Shown: positions 13,169 through 27,444 of the stretch, in pieces
How the letters are laid out: each line of letters begins with the position of its first letter
Position numbering within the stretch: position 1 is the first letter of the stretch
Assembly (NCBI RefSeq): GCF_902459465.1
Contig: NC_047064.1
Span: forward strand, 1,798,001-1,862,000
Length of the DNA: 64,000 bases
Reading direction: 5' to 3'
Source of the DNA: Asterias rubens
Lineage: Eukaryota
Made by a program: the position numbers and the translations under genes
The notes under the pieces: model-generated
What the model was told of the DNA's origin: nothing
The model's database searches: none
What the model saw: only the letters and a program-made list of their open reading frames with translations

Positions 13169-14454
13169 TAATAAAATAAGTATTTATCTGTTTTCATGTA
13201 TTTCCAATTCAATGTCTATGTTACATTTGCGTTTGCTATGTTGTCATTTATCCTTCGAGAAAGATTATATTAGGATCGAAACATCAGACCATTATTTTTT
13301 ATTTAATTAGGAAGCTTTTTAAACAAAGTTTCGCAATTGTTGATGAGTGTACCTTTTGGTTTCTTTAGCAATTTGTATCTAATTCGTTTTCTTCTGTCAT
13401 TAAAAACAATTGGTTTGAATAAGAGTAAAAAAAGAAAAAAAAAAAAAAAAAGTTTTGATTTATTTAGAATGTAGACAACGAAGTTTCGCAGCCGGTTGAT
13501 TGCACCTTTCTGGGTTCCTCTTTTCGTTCTTTCAAATTTGCTTTCTTTAAGTTTTTTAAGAAACAAACCATCATATAATTGTAAAAAAACATGACTACTA
13601 AGTTATACTAAACTTACTACTATTGTTTATTTTGTGTTTGGGGTGGGGGTGGGTTCGTAATGCAGAAGCAGATATGAATAATAATAATAATTGACCATTT
13701 AACTTAATTTCGGCTGAAGTCTCCGACTTTCTAACCTTGATTAGCTTAATTCACGGAGAGGGAGAGAGAATCGCTGAGATTGTTTTGGTTAAATGAATAA
13801 CGAGCATCCGTCGCAATAATGAGCTTTATTTAAATGAATGATATTAATCAAACATCACTTCGCTTATTAATCATTCAATTTATAACAGTGTCCACACTCC
13901 TCTAAAACCTCTCATTTCTGTCTGTGTTTAATAACCATGTCATTATATGGTTTCACTGTTTACTGCAAGCCAGCTCCCCTCTCCCCCCAGCCCACAAAAA
14001 AAAAAAAAAAAAAAAAAAAAAATCTACCCCCCGCAGTTTCTTGGTCTCTCAGCTCAAAATTACTCGCACTATTACATAGATGATTTTCCGGTAGAAGACA
14101 CAAACCGGGTATATTTAACTGTCACTTCTCGTGAAATCCCGTATCTTTTCTAATAATCAGTCTAGGGGGCCCCCTTGGTGTGTTCTCTAGTATGATAGTT
14201 TATTGCTTAGGACGGTAAATATACATACACTGCTAGCGTTGAATTGGAAGAAACCCTCGGGCTAGTAAATCGTGTTGATTCACAGAGAGCAACGCGTACC
14301 ATAAGGACTATATCCGGTTAGGCTTCATGAGGTAGAAGTTTAACCGTCAACAACGGCTGCAGTGCCCGTGGCCCTCGCCATGTGAACGCAAGGTCTGGCT
14401 GTTGTAAAGCGTATCATTGTCAATTTTATTTATTCAAATCTGAACTGAACGAAC

Positions 14455-15162
14455 TAATCCGTCCGATCCAGCTAAATTCGGTCAACTGCAGTCCAATTCA
14501 AAATTAGCTAGTCAAATCCAGTGAAATCTAGTCGAATCCGGTTTAATCCAGTTATCCAATCCACTACAATCTACTACAAAACCAGTTCAATCCAGCTTAA
14601 TCCAGTACAATCCAGTAATAAGAGTGCAGAACAATTAAGCACAATCCGGTACAATCCAGGATAACCAAGTACACTCCAGTCTCCAGCTTAAAAGACACTG
14701 GACACTGTTGGTAATTGTCAAAGACCATTCGTCTCACTTGGTGTATCTCAACATATGCATACAATAACAAACCTGTACAAAATTGAACGAGATAACTACG
14801 AAGAAAAAAAAACACCTTTGTCACACGAAGTTGTGTGCTTTCAGATGCTTGATTTCGATACCTCAAATTCTAAATTTGAGGTCTCGAAATCAAATTCGTG
14901 GAAAAATACTTATTTCTCGAAAACTACGTCACTTCAGAGGGAGCTGTTTCTCACAATGTTTTACTATCAACCTCTCCCCATTACTCGTTACCAAGTGAGG
15001 TTTTATGCTAATAATTATTTTGAGTAATTACCAATAGTGTCCACTGCCTTTAATCCTACACTCCAGTACAATCTAGTACAATTCAGTAGAAGTAACTACC
15101 ATCCGGTACAATCCGGCTCAATCCAACTCAATCCAGTACAATCCAGTCCCCAGTACAATCAA
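14455..15162. repeat. Degenerate 10-bp satellite (CAATCCAGTA-like), interrupted by a MITE
   Basis: Repeated AATCCAGT/AATCCGGT units at ~10-bp spacing on both sides of the 14688-15053 insertion. Confidence 0.8.
14688..15053 (+). mobile_element. Family A Kolobok-like MITE
   Basis: TTAA TSDs, TIRs, internal hairpin. Confidence 0.9.
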
Positions 15163-16345
15163 AAGTCAAAACTGTCTAATGAGTCTAAATGGTGACTTAA
15201 AAAAGAAAACGTTGAGTTCGCGAAAAAACAATCAGCCAAGCAACAAATCAAACGAATATCTAAGCGCCTCAGCAAAACAGTTTGCAATTGTTTCTTTTAT
15301 ATAGGCTACCTCAATAAATCTAGAGTATCATGTACCTAAAGTAAAGAGTGGACCCTGGAAATCCCAAGGGACATATTCCATACAACCCGAAAACAACATC
15401 AACACACGCAGCCAAGGCCCCCCCCCCCCCCCGAAAAAAAAAAAAAAAAAAAAAAATGTGGTTTACGTCATATTTTGTAAATAATCGAGGTTTATTAATT
15501 GTATCAATGGTTGCTATATTATTACTGTCATTTGGGGTGCACAACTTATTGTAACTGACCTGACTGTACACTGCAGAAACCAGGTGTTAAAATTGACACC
15601 ATATAGATACCGCATACAGAATCGTTTTTTATTAACACCAACTAATAGTAACCTTTTCTTTTTAATGGTTGCCTTCGAAAGGGGATTTCTGTGGGTGGCT
15701 CTCTAAATATCAATAAATAGTTTGGTTGTATACGATACGCAGCTACTTTACGATGGCATTCTCGCTAAAACATTACAAATTAATTAAGTATGTCAATACT
15801 ATGTTTTAAGTCCCGATGTTATATGTTGAAAAGCAGAGTCAAACTCTAATCCATTTTTCCATCGGAGTTAATCCACACATCACGAATCCCAATGGGGCGA
15901 TAACTATGTTTATGCAAAAACATATAACTAAAAAAAAGTCGACCAAAGATTTGGTATAGAAGAGTTATTGTGACAAACATGAGTGATGTGGATATGTACT
16001 TTTAGACGTCTGCTGTTTAAGTATATACAGAAATGCAAGTGGTAGCTTTGTGGCTAATTCTGTAACGGACGTGGAATTTAAACGATAACGGACAAAAAAC
16101 ATACACATACATAAATAATATTAATAATATTATTAAAAATAGAGTACAACAAGATTACTTCGTCTTCCCCATACATTGTCCCGTTTACCAAATCGGTTCA
16201 TGTGAATCCGATTTCATAACTATCCCGTGATGATGTAATATATAAAATGTAACGCTATATTATAGCGTTAAATTTGCAATGCCAACTTATGCCATTTTAT
16301 TGTGAGTGATTATTCCGTATGAAGCCTAACTCCGAGTAAACTCTG

Positions 16346-16716
16346 TTAAAGGCAGTGGACACTATTGGTAATTACTCAAAATAATTATTAGCATAAAACC
16401 TTACTTGGTAACGAGTAATGGGGAGATGTTGATAGTATAAAACATTGTGAGAAACGGCTCCCTCTGACGTGACGATTTCGAGAAAGAAGTAATTTTCCAC
16501 GAATTTGATTTCGTGACCTCAGAATTAGAATTTGAGGTCTCGAAATCAAACACAAAACTTCGTGTGACATTGGTGTTTTTTCTATCATTATTATCTCGCA
16601 ACCTTGACGACCAATTGAGCTCAAATTTTCACAGGTTTGGTTTTTTGCACATGTTGAGATACACCAAGTGAGAAGACTGGTCTTTGACAATTACCAAAGG
16701 TGTCCAGTGTCTTTAA
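16346..16716 (-). mobile_element. Family A Kolobok-like MITE
   Basis: TTAA|AGGCAGTGGACAC ... GTGTCCAGTGTCT|TTAA. Confidence 0.9.
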
Positions 16717-16721
16717 AGATA

Positions 16722-16882
16722 AGAGCCCAAGTTCATAAAGCCTTTATAATAAATACAACAGAAATACATGTGTATGCTTAGCAGAGACAGCCAATATCCC
16801 CTTAAATTTGCATTGTTTTGACTTATTGTTTAGGCCTACTTAGCAAAGAGTTTTGCTAAATAGTTTTATGAAATGGGCCCAG
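16722..16882. mobile_element. Family C MITE (PIF/Harbinger-related)
   Basis: AGCCCAAGTTCATAAAG ... TTTTATGAAATGGGCC|CAG inverted termini. Confidence 0.6.
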
Positions 16883-18066
16883 ATTGAATAACATGATTTG
16901 ATATGATGGTGACATGAAACTAAAGGAAAAACAACATTTCGACCATTTTCACTACAAATTGAAAAAACTACTGTTATGATTTGCATATCAAAATCGCACA
17001 CATTTTGATTGCACTCGATGACGTCACCCGTTCCGAACACTTGGCGGTCATAACACAACAATTATTCACTCAATGCTGAATAATTCATGAGCTACACAAA
17101 ATGATACAGCTTCAATTGAATAAATTAATCAGTATGCATACAGTGACGATTACCCAATACTGTCAGGGTTTGGAAATAATTACTCTTGCACATGGTGTTT
17201 ATTTTTCATAAAAAAAAATAAAAAATGAACCGTAAGTATAAAGCAAAATTCAGCTGAGTATGACGAACAAAGTAATAATTCAACAAAATCAATGCAAATA
17301 AACCTTCAAATGGATGTGTTGCCTTACTTTGATTTTTGAATCTGCCCCAAAATTGAAACAGAATCGAGACATATCGAACAGTAATTTTTTAGGAGAAGCT
17401 AAGTATGGCGTTTTGCAAGTAAGCAATTCAAAATAGTGTAAGACATCATTATATTACGTTGTTAGATTTGTTGAGTGTTAAACACAATATTATAGATTTG
17501 ACACCACATGTGCGCTTGTCCTTTTTTAGTGGTGTACTTTTTAACATCTCCAGTGTTCACTAGACACCTGCATTATTTTAAGCTACGTCATCAGTACACA
17601 ACGCTGCTATTATTTCAAACAAAAATAAACCATCATCGCTACACGTTGAAGTAAAAGTTGAATTATCTTCAAAAGAAGAGGACAACAATAACAACAAAAG
17701 TGTACTCACTTCTGGTCCCTGTGACCTCCACTCCAGTCGTGTTTCCAATTTATTAACTCTTCCAGCCCATCTCTCATCATTAGTGTGGATGAAGCGAGTC
17801 CCAATATGGAGATTTATAGGCTCGACTGGAGACAATCAAGCTACCAACTTTTTAGTCTGATGTACAAACTTCTAGATAGACGACTGTTTGATGTACGCTC
17901 ACTGTGTCTGACATCAACGGCTGTTTGTAGCCATTGCCTATGGTTTGCAAAAAGAGGGAGGAAATGTTGATTATGTTGAATACAGATATGGACATACGAA
18001 ACAATGATACTCAAACTTCCATTCGTGGTCTCTTGAATTTTCTGCAGAGTAAGAAGTTCGTTCGTC

Positions 18067-18453
18067 TTAAAGGCAGTGGACACTATTGGTAATTACTTAA
18101 AATAATTATTAGCATAAAAACTCACTTGGTAACGAGTAATAGGAGAGGTTGATGGTATAAAACATTGTGAGAAACGGCTCCCTCTGAAGTGACGTAGTTT
18201 TTGACAAAAGAAGTAATTTTCCACGAATTTGATTTCGAGACCTCAGATTTAGAATTTAAGGTCTCGAAATCAAGCATCTAAAAGCACACAACTTCGTGTG
18301 ACAAGGTTTTTTCTTTCTTTCATAGTTATCTCGCAACTCCGACGACCAATCGAGCTCAAATTTTCACAGGTTTGTTTTTTAATGCATATGTTGAGATACA
18401 CTAAGTGAGAAGACTGGTCCTTGACAACTACCAATAATGTCCACTGTCTTTAA
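18067..18453 (-). mobile_element. Family A Kolobok-like MITE
   Basis: TTAA TSDs, TIRs, internal hairpin. Confidence 0.9.
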
Positions 18454-19071
18454 ACCACGAACTCATTGACCTATTTCAAATAAAAGCATTTTCTATTGTA
18501 CAAAGTAAATTTGTATGATGTTTGTCTCTAAATACGACGGGTTCACAACAACCTGAAGCAAATTGTGATTAAGAGCAAGAAATTTTGCAGTCCAAAACGT
18601 CATGAGATTACGACATTGCATTGATAAAAACAATGTAATGTATTTACACCAAAAGACAACAAAAAAATAAGGTAAATAAATACATTAAAAATAGTGCTAA
18701 TAATATTACGGTCAAAAACCAACACTAGAAAAAATGATAAAAAGTTAATTTTTTTTATTTAACAATTATATTTCATTTCAAATAGTCGTCGATGGTTGAT
18801 GAGGTTAGGTTTTGGTGTCCAGGGCCAGACAGTGTGTGTCAGTAAACTGTGTTGTTCTAGTATCCGATTTGTGATTTACACGATCGTGGTTACGAGGTTA
18901 CCACCAATAGGAAGGAGCGATGAGCGAAAGCCACCCACAGTTTGACCTCTTGGAATGGTGCACCATGGGAGATGACCTCTAACAAGAGTGCAATGTGGAA
19001 GTCCACCACTCAGATTAGGGCACTCTGAAAAGTTACCACCTTAAAATAATATATCCCTTCTTAATAGGTGG

Positions 19072-19260
19072 CAAGGTGCAATTCCACGTATGTTCTGCTT
19101 AAGCAGAAAATCATGTTTAAATGCTAAGCAGAAATGAGTAGGATACCAGTCATAAATTGTACACATTACATAGTAGTTTGACTGGTAACCTTATTCTTTT
19201 AATTTTGTTGCGATTGGCTACTTTTTCTGCTTAAATGCAGCCCTATGAAATTAGGCCCAG
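19072..19260. mobile_element. Family C MITE
   Basis: The right end TTTCTGCTTAAATGCAGCCCTATGAAATTAGGCC|CAG mirrors the left CTGCTTAAGCAGAAAA. Interior is similar to the 25472 copy. Confidence 0.65.
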
Positions 19261-19427
19261 GTCAAAAAAAAAAAAAAAAAAACCTACAACAACACCTCAC
19301 AGTTGACTGCAAACGAACCTGACATCGTGCTGTACCAGGAGTGGGGTTCCACTTTGACACTTTCGAGTGAAAATTGTTTTGCTCAAATGACGTAATATAA
19401 AAATAATGTGGAATATTTTGCTTTCTA

Positions 19428-19555
19428 GCAGTGCTCTAGCAATGCAAATGTCGTGTGTTCGAATCCCACCCGAGTGATTTGCCTGTGGATCTGTCTCATA
19501 TAACTCGGAAAAGTAATGAGTATCCAGTGCTTAATACACGTCGCTGTAAGGGAAC
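19428..19555 (+). mobile_element. tRNA-derived SINE fragment
   Basis: GCAGTGCTCTAGCAATGCAAATGTCGTGTGTTCGAATCCCACCCGAGT contains a B-box. Same family as 34419-34922. Confidence 0.7.
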
Positions 19556-22500
19556 AAAATACATTTTAATTGTGCTTTCATTAAAATTATACATTACTGA
19601 ACTATTTTATTTATGTAGTTTTATGTTGTTATCATGCTACAAAAACACAATTGTAAAGCCGACACTGTGGAAAGTTCATTATCATAGTCCGAATGAAACA
19701 AAGTGTCGTCGGCTGGTTGTCGTGCATGAGAGTCTACAATGATTGTGTATGTAGTGCAACAATAGGCAGTTAGTCTTGCCTCAATGCGCCACATCAATTT
19801 CTCTCTTGTGTGGATGCTTTAGATGGGGAGGACTAGACTTATTATTTATAAGAAAACGACTGCAGTCATTTATCACTATTCACACTCTTATCGTGGATCT
19901 AATACAAGATTTAAGAAGGGCATTGAGAGAGGCTTAGTTCTTTTCATTTTCATGGGAAAAACAGAGAAAGTTGTTAAACCGAGCATTTTTCATTCTAGTT
20001 GGACTATGGTGAGTCATGTGACATTGATCAATCATGAATTGTTGTTGAAAAAAGGCGGGAAAGGAAAGGTGACACTTTTTTGGTCGCAGTTGTGTAAAAA
20101 CGAATGAATGGAAGTTTAAAGGGTAATGCGTTATAGGGATGGTTTGACTACAAGTTGTGTTTTCTATTTTTGTTATCACACCAATGTTGTTATGGTTCAA
20201 AAGTTGTTTCTTTGGATTTGTGCAATTGTCACTTGGCAGTATAGACATGGTTACAATTAATAATGGCTTTACTTGTATCCATTTTAACTAATACTAATGT
20301 AATGGAACTACAACAAAATGGGCGGCGGTCATGCTTTTACTACAGCAAATTTTTGTTATTTATTTTCAAACTTTGTACATTGGGGAGGCATTATATAAAT
20401 CACCTTAGACCAACAACTGCAAAGGCAACCACGACGAGATAGAGTCGAATCTACAAAATGTTGTCCAATTCTACAAAGATATTGCAATGTTGTTTGAAAT
20501 GATTTTAAATGTTATTGACATTGACAATAACATCAAATAAAACTTTATGCGAAATAAACATTGACTAAACGAACAAGTCCCAAATTTTTTTTAGTGACAC
20601 TTTTTTTTTCTCACGACTTCGTCTCAATAGTCTTGACGGGGTTGAGGGTTAATTGCCTTCCGATTCTTGACTGAAATTAATGAGAGGTAGAGGTGGGTGC
20701 ACAATTTAACGTGAAGACATTTCAAACGGGAGAGGCAATCACAATGGAGCAGTTTTAACCGTTAACATCGACCAAAAAACTAACCCGAAATAAATCAATC
20801 GCGACGCCCTCTGTCATCGCTTCAAACAATTCGTAAATTAGCGCGACTGTTTCGCCTTTCTCACACTCTCAAGGCAGTCGCAAGCACAGAGCCCCCACAT
20901 CAAAATGGCACCAAGACGTCGAGAAATCAACCATGATACAAATAAACGAATTCCCTTTTTCATCTCACTTTTATTTCCTTCCCGGTGCATATAAATCCTT
21001 CCACGAACAAGTACATCTTGTACGGCCACACAATGTGGATTGCTGGGTTGCCAAGCGGGTCGATTTTACCCACAACGCGGCCTAACCACGAGCCCTTTTC
21101 CCCGGGTCGTGTGACCCTTGCAACCCTCTTGGCCTAATAACTTCATTTTGCCAACTGTTTCACGCCCATTTCACGGCATCGAATTCTTCACGTCTTAACG
21201 GCATTGTACTTTCAAATTAATGCAATGAAAGCAAAACATTCATTGTTTTCTCTCTATGCAAACACTTTTTCAAGTTTTATATTCTCGGCCCATTTAATTT
21301 ACCTTCGTTCCAAATAAATAACCAAACTGGATATTGATGGAAAACAACATGCGCTCTTGATTTGCCTTCTTAAATAATGATCAGATATTAAGAAGATTAT
21401 AATACATTTTCGGACAGATTCGATCAACGAAATAATTACAGCAGCATTACAAAAATGTCGTACTTATTTCAACGAGGAAATATCCCAACCGACTGTTCAC
21501 ACAGGTAGGGTAGTCACCCTTTTAAGTAACTTATAAATTTCATTTTTCAAATACACTTAAAACAAAAGAAAACCCACGTCCGATATCTTATGATAAAATA
21601 AAACTCTCGCTAAACTTTGGCACACCCAAAGAAAACAATACGCGGTACTTGTATACAATATTACAAGATCCCCACAACTGTGTCATAATCGTATGCAAGA
21701 CGTCTCACCACACATATCAAGCTAATTATAGGCGGGTCCATGCTATGACTTTCAAATTTCAAATATGAGAAGTTCTAAGACCGGGGACTAGAAAAAGGGT
21801 TGCATTTACATGAAAAGGCAATTTACACATCTAATGAGCTGTTGGGCCGGACTCCATCGGGACCGTGTGTTTCCTGGGGCTGGCGAACGTGTTTTGGATT
21901 CACACTCCCCTATAAATATTTCATTTTAACCCATCAGAATTTTGCAAGGAAGAGTGACGATAAACTGTTAGTCTTGTTAATTTATTTTTAATCTACTTAA
22001 TACGGAGAGCTGTGTACTGCAATTGAGGAATTTTGTCTTGGGGTTCAAAAGTTTGAAAGTTGTTTTTTTCTTTTGAAATAAAGAACATTAAATGAATGCA
22101 ATACAGATGTTATTGATGCTGATTTCAGGATGATTATGATGATAACTATGATTATGGTTGTGATGTTTATTTTTAAACTACTTAACACGGGAGCTATGTA
22201 CTGAAATTGAGGAATTTCGATAGTGAATGCAACACATGGGTTATTAATGTGTATTTCACGGTGATTATGTTGATAATGATGATGACAATGAATGTGGTGA
22301 TGATTGTGGTGATTGTGATTGTGATTGTGGTTGTTATGTCTGGGGAGATGGCAACATGACAAGGTGGTGAAAATGAAGTGATGAGAGTAATGTGATGGTA
22401 CCCTCAAAGTTTAATGGTGATTTGAGTGGTGAAGGGTTGCAAATAAAATATTGTATTATGGTGATTCGACTGATCGTGAGTGTAGTAAAAAGCTGGTTGA

Positions 22501-22879
22501 AGGTGGTTTACGGGTGAATTGAGTGGAGAAGGTTTGGTAAAAATGTAGTCTGACTGTGATCTAAGTGGTGAAGGGCTGTATTAAGGTAATTTTATGGTGA
22601 TTTGAGTGGTAATGGGTAGAGATGAAGGTCGTTTGATCGAGATCAGTGGTGATGGTTGGTAAGGGTAGTTTGATGGTAACTTGTGTGGTGATGATTGGTG
22701 TGATTAAAATGGTGATGTGAGTAGTGATCGACGACGACTACGACTGTGGGTGTAGCAGTGGAGGTGTCGATGTTAAGGGACACTGTGAGGTGGTAGTGGT
22801 GACTGTCGTGTTAATTTTAGCAGTTGACAGCGGGTCCGTGGCGGGGGTGAGACAAAGATGGGGGCATGGTGGTGATTCT

Positions 22880-23023
22880 GGGTAGTGATTTGGGTAGTGA
22901 TTTGGGTAGTGATTTGGGTAGTGATTTGGGTAGTGATTTGGGTAGTGATTTGGGTAGTGATTTGGGTAGTGATTTGGGTAGTGATTTGGGTAGTGATTTG
23001 GGTAGTGATTTGGGTAGTGATTT
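22880..23023. repeat. Perfect tandem array (GGGTAGTGATTT)x12
   Basis: 144 bp, 12 identical 12-mers. Explains the (NHYP)n and (KSLP)n ORFs. Confidence 0.97.
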
Positions 23024-25471
23024 GATAGTAGCATGATTATGCCGAAGGTGGTGAGATGACTTTTCACCATCATCACCACTCTCAATCATTAAAATTATAA
23101 TTCCGAACCTCAACTAAACTACCAGGCGCTATATGACAATGATAAATATGAATATCCCCCAAGGCGGGTAAAACCACAATTTAACAATGACATTTATTTC
23201 TGCGGTTTGAAATGCCACAGTGTTGAAATTGAACTGACTTCATTTTCACAGGATTGCATATCTTTTTTATTCCCATTCAAAAGGCAGTGTATACAGAACG
23301 CCATAGAAATTCTGGCAATTCTGGCCTAATGATGAACGGGTTCCATTCAAGCTATACCAGGGTTGAAAGGGGACCTCTCGTCACGCGTGGTTGAGAAAAA
23401 AGCTTTTCTGCAAACCCATACAGGAGAGGTATATTTATGGCGAATTTGGGCTTTGTCATCCTTTTGGCTTTGCCAGTTCCTTTGTGAATCTAGAAAAATA
23501 TGATACCTACACGGCACCTCTGCCTATGAGCTAGGGTTAGTTCATACCACTGTTAACGGGAAACAAGCTTGCAACTGTAACTTGGAATACCAACGCAATC
23601 ACTGGTATGCCAACTAGCTGTGTGGAACACTAGGGGTAGTTCAGGTACCGCAACCGGCAGTGAGGACATGCTATTGGAAGATCAGCAACTCAAGTCCGAC
23701 TATTTCACTCTTCTTGCTTGAATCAGAACGACCTTGGTGTACTGTGCACCTTCTCCAACAATCCCGCCAAATAAAGGTAAAGTTTCAAACGGCGGTGTCA
23801 AACTAACTCCTTAGTCCCTTGCTGGCTGATGAAACATTGTTATGGGGTACGAACCGGACAGGTCCTCCCATAAGACACAGCACCCAAGAAACCTCAAGTC
23901 TTAACCAGCTTCGTGACCAAGGAGGGTAGAGGGCGGCAAGGGACCACCGCTCCTTTCATCCAAAAAGGTGAGAATTTATGCCCCCTCTGACACGCCTCGC
24001 GTGAGTCGTCCAGGCGTCTTATTTGCACCTTGCCAATGAAACCTGTAATTAAATGCTTGGACAGTGGCGTCTACAGTGCATGCTAGAGTAGGGAAAGGGG
24101 TGAGACGGGGAGCCCAAGATAATACGTGATCTGTGGTGCATATTTGTTGGGGTATACGTCTAGTGGGCATTTTTGTTGAACTAGAAACTTGTACAGTACA
24201 GTGAGAAGGGCTTTGTTTGCTGTTTGGGCAAGTCTGAGTGTATTTGCAAAGTAACGGTGAGTGAATACTGGGATCATATTATTTTAGATTGTGTGCAACA
24301 TAATCACAATAGTTTAAGTTTGTTAAATACATACAACTGTAGTTATATTATGAATAGGGTAGATGGCCTTAGCTTTCGATCCAATCCGGACCTGTAGTTA
24401 TATTGATATATTTAAATTATGTTGGGCTTCATTATTTAGCTTGCCTTCATCACATGATGTAGTTTTGTATAGCATTTGACGTTATTATCTTATTAGCTGT
24501 TGCAAACCAACAAAAATGACCTATGGATATATGCAAACAATAATTAACACAATACTATTATTTTGTTGTAATATTAAGTAATCCGAAGTGTCAAACTAAT
24601 TAAGTTCAGAAAATCCATGCCCTTGAAACTGATGATACCCACGCTCTCCAGTCTACCAAACATCACCAAACCCCGTCAAGGGATTATATTGATGTCACCT
24701 TTTAAAAGTTGAATCATCATGCCTTGGGGACGAGGTTTTCAAAAACGAATCTTCCCCATCAATTTTCAGGAAAAAAAACTCTTTTGGAGTTGGACATATA
24801 TACACCGGGTACTACCCTGGTCTCGTGTTGTGAATCCACTAATATAATAAATGGCTTGATAGATATTCAAGAACCATAAACTATAATAATGGCCTCTGTT
24901 CATCACCATTTTAAGCTCCAAAAAGCCTGGCTGGCAAGCGCACTGGCTAATAGAACTTGACGGGTTTCCTGAGATTAAGAGCCATTACTGAGCTAAGTGG
25001 TGATCGTTACGACTAATAAAGTACGCTAACATGTTACCCCTCTCGTAATCAACGGAAAATTATTTAATATAGCACACTTTATCCAATAAATGGGCAGGGG
25101 CCGCTGTGTAAGAGCTTCATTCACCATTAATCTCATCCGATGAAAAGTGAAATGAATGACATTTTGTTGGTGTTCCTTTATAGTTTTGCTAGACATTCAA
25201 CGAAGCGCATTTATACAAAAACATAAATGCTGCGGTAAGGTTTGTGCTTTTAGTGTCAGTATCACAGGTAAATGCTCATTTATTTTCATGTTGATTTTTT
25301 TCCCCCCTTCTCTCTTCCCTGAGGGTGACTGAAATTGAGCACCGAATTTGTTTTTTTATATTTCCATAATATTTGAAAAGTCTGTATGTTGCTTGGACTG
25401 AACGCGGCACTGAATTAACAAAACGGTACAGTTTAGTTTTTATCAGTGAGCAGACTTGTGGACGCTGTAGA

Positions 25472-25665
25472 CAGGGACACATTTAAAAGAGCTTTTAAGC
25501 ACAAAAAGCAGCTAAGCATATCAACAACCAGAATAAGGTTACCAGCCAAACTACCTAGTCACGTGTACAATTTGTGAGTGGTATCCTGCTCATTTCTGCT
25601 TATCAGACAATTGTTAAGCAATATAATCTGCTAGTTCGTAAGCAGCTCGAAGAAATTGGGCTCTG
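25472..25665. mobile_element. Family C MITE
   Basis: CAG|GGACACATTTAAAAGAGCTTTTAAGCACAAAA ... TAAGCAGCTCGAAGAAATTGGGCT|CTG. Confidence 0.6.
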
Positions 25666-27444
25666 GTTATAATAGCTAAATTGTAAAACTCTATACTTTA
25701 GAGTTGCATGGGGTGATCGTATCTCACAACACACCGAGTTGAAGTCACTGTGGTTTTCACACATACAAATCTGACAACAAAACTACACTATCGTAATAGT
25801 GTTAATTCATCATGTTGTTCAATTTGTATCCGTGTTTAAATAAACGAATTACTGTAAATGAGTATCGGTGAATGTGCAATCGTCATAATTTGTATAGGAA
25901 GACGAATAATGCATGTTTCATAATATTCACGATTTGTATAATAATGGCATCAATACGTCTCTCTGCGTTGACGAATCACTTGACATAAAACTAAGTCATT
26001 TACAAACAGTATTGTTTTTAAAAACCCATTGGAAAAACAAATCCATACCATTAGATGTCAATTTATTTCGTTGGAATCTCCCTACAGCCTTGTATGCTTT
26101 TCTAGTGGAGTATACTTTCCTACGTGGTTGACACACCTCTAAGATGTATATACGATCATGGCGGGTTACACTTCTTGACTCTTGGGATTAGATCATTACG
26201 CAAGCTGATGGAGCGTCTCCAAGTTCTCAAGAACAGCGACATGACCCAAATCTTAATACAGGAGTCCTCGGAATTGATTGATTTACACTGATCTAAAAAA
26301 TGTCATGCATAATGATCCACAGGTAAACATAGTATAACTCAGAGCTATGTGTATATATCATTTGTTGTGCCCTTATTCGGCAAACATACAAAGACGTAAT
26401 GGTTACATATATTAATGAAGTGGCATTAACGTCGGTTTGCTCAAAATTCGTCAAACTAAGAACTTTGGATCATAAACTCTGACCCAAAATTTTAGAGAAC
26501 CATTTCAGTCTATCATCTTAACATCCTTTAAATAGATCATGCTGCGGAAATGCAGTTGCTGGACCACAGCAACTTATGTGTATCCATACAAAAATAAAGA
26601 GAAAAATCCCCCACATACTTAAGCGTACTAATTAAACGAACGAACGAACGAACGAACGACAACAACATCAACAATAAATAACAAAATAACATTAAACTTA
26701 AAAACAAACCATTTGTATGAATTAAAACCGACAAACTGTTGACACAAAAACTTAAAGTTTGGGTCACTGTGTGAAATGAGAATATCGTGAGAAAAATCTA
26801 GTTGATGTCAAATCATTATCACAAATTACAAATTGGTTGTTATGTTTTTGGCAATGTCAAAGTCAGCTTTGATACATTAATGTAGTAAAGCGAATCTGAA
26901 TTCAGCATCATAACAGTTTGACTATCCTCACACTGTAATACTCCGAACCCAATAGTCCTCACACGAGTTCAAGACTGCATGACGAGGCAGGCACGGAACA
27001 CCGAGAAAAGCGAGAGGGTGCGAAAACCTTGTCGTCACGGGGCCGGGCCGTACGGCTGGCCCGACGGGTGAAAACTCCACCTTCTCGCTGCCTTGGAGTC
27101 TCTTGCCCCTGGCTGGGGTAATTACTCACAGCTACCGTATACTGTCATCGTGTTGAATGGAGAGCTGTGACGAGAAGGTCTTAGGGCTACTACTGTACAG
27201 CAACTTTCATCGTGAACAGCCTGTTTGCCACCCCGTTTATGGAAATCACACAATCCTTGGTTGATATGAATCGAGGCTAAGTATCAAAATGATAATTTTG
27301 GTTTTGACTGGGATTATGCAAGCTCGAAGGATTAATAATGATTTATGTTTTGTTTTTAGGAAAGAAAGAGCAACCTTGCCCCTGCAAGATGACTTATTGG
27401 ATAATAAGCCAGTTCGTCTGTAAATTCGTTTTTATTGTTTCAAT

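Noticed and set aside
22880-23023. CRISPR array or telomeric repeat
   Set aside because: No unique spacers, eukaryotic context, and the unit is not TTAGGG.
22738-23113. ORFs with (NHYP)12 and (KSLP)n repeats
   Set aside because: A 12-mer array without stops on that strand gives open frames automatically. No splice or domain support.
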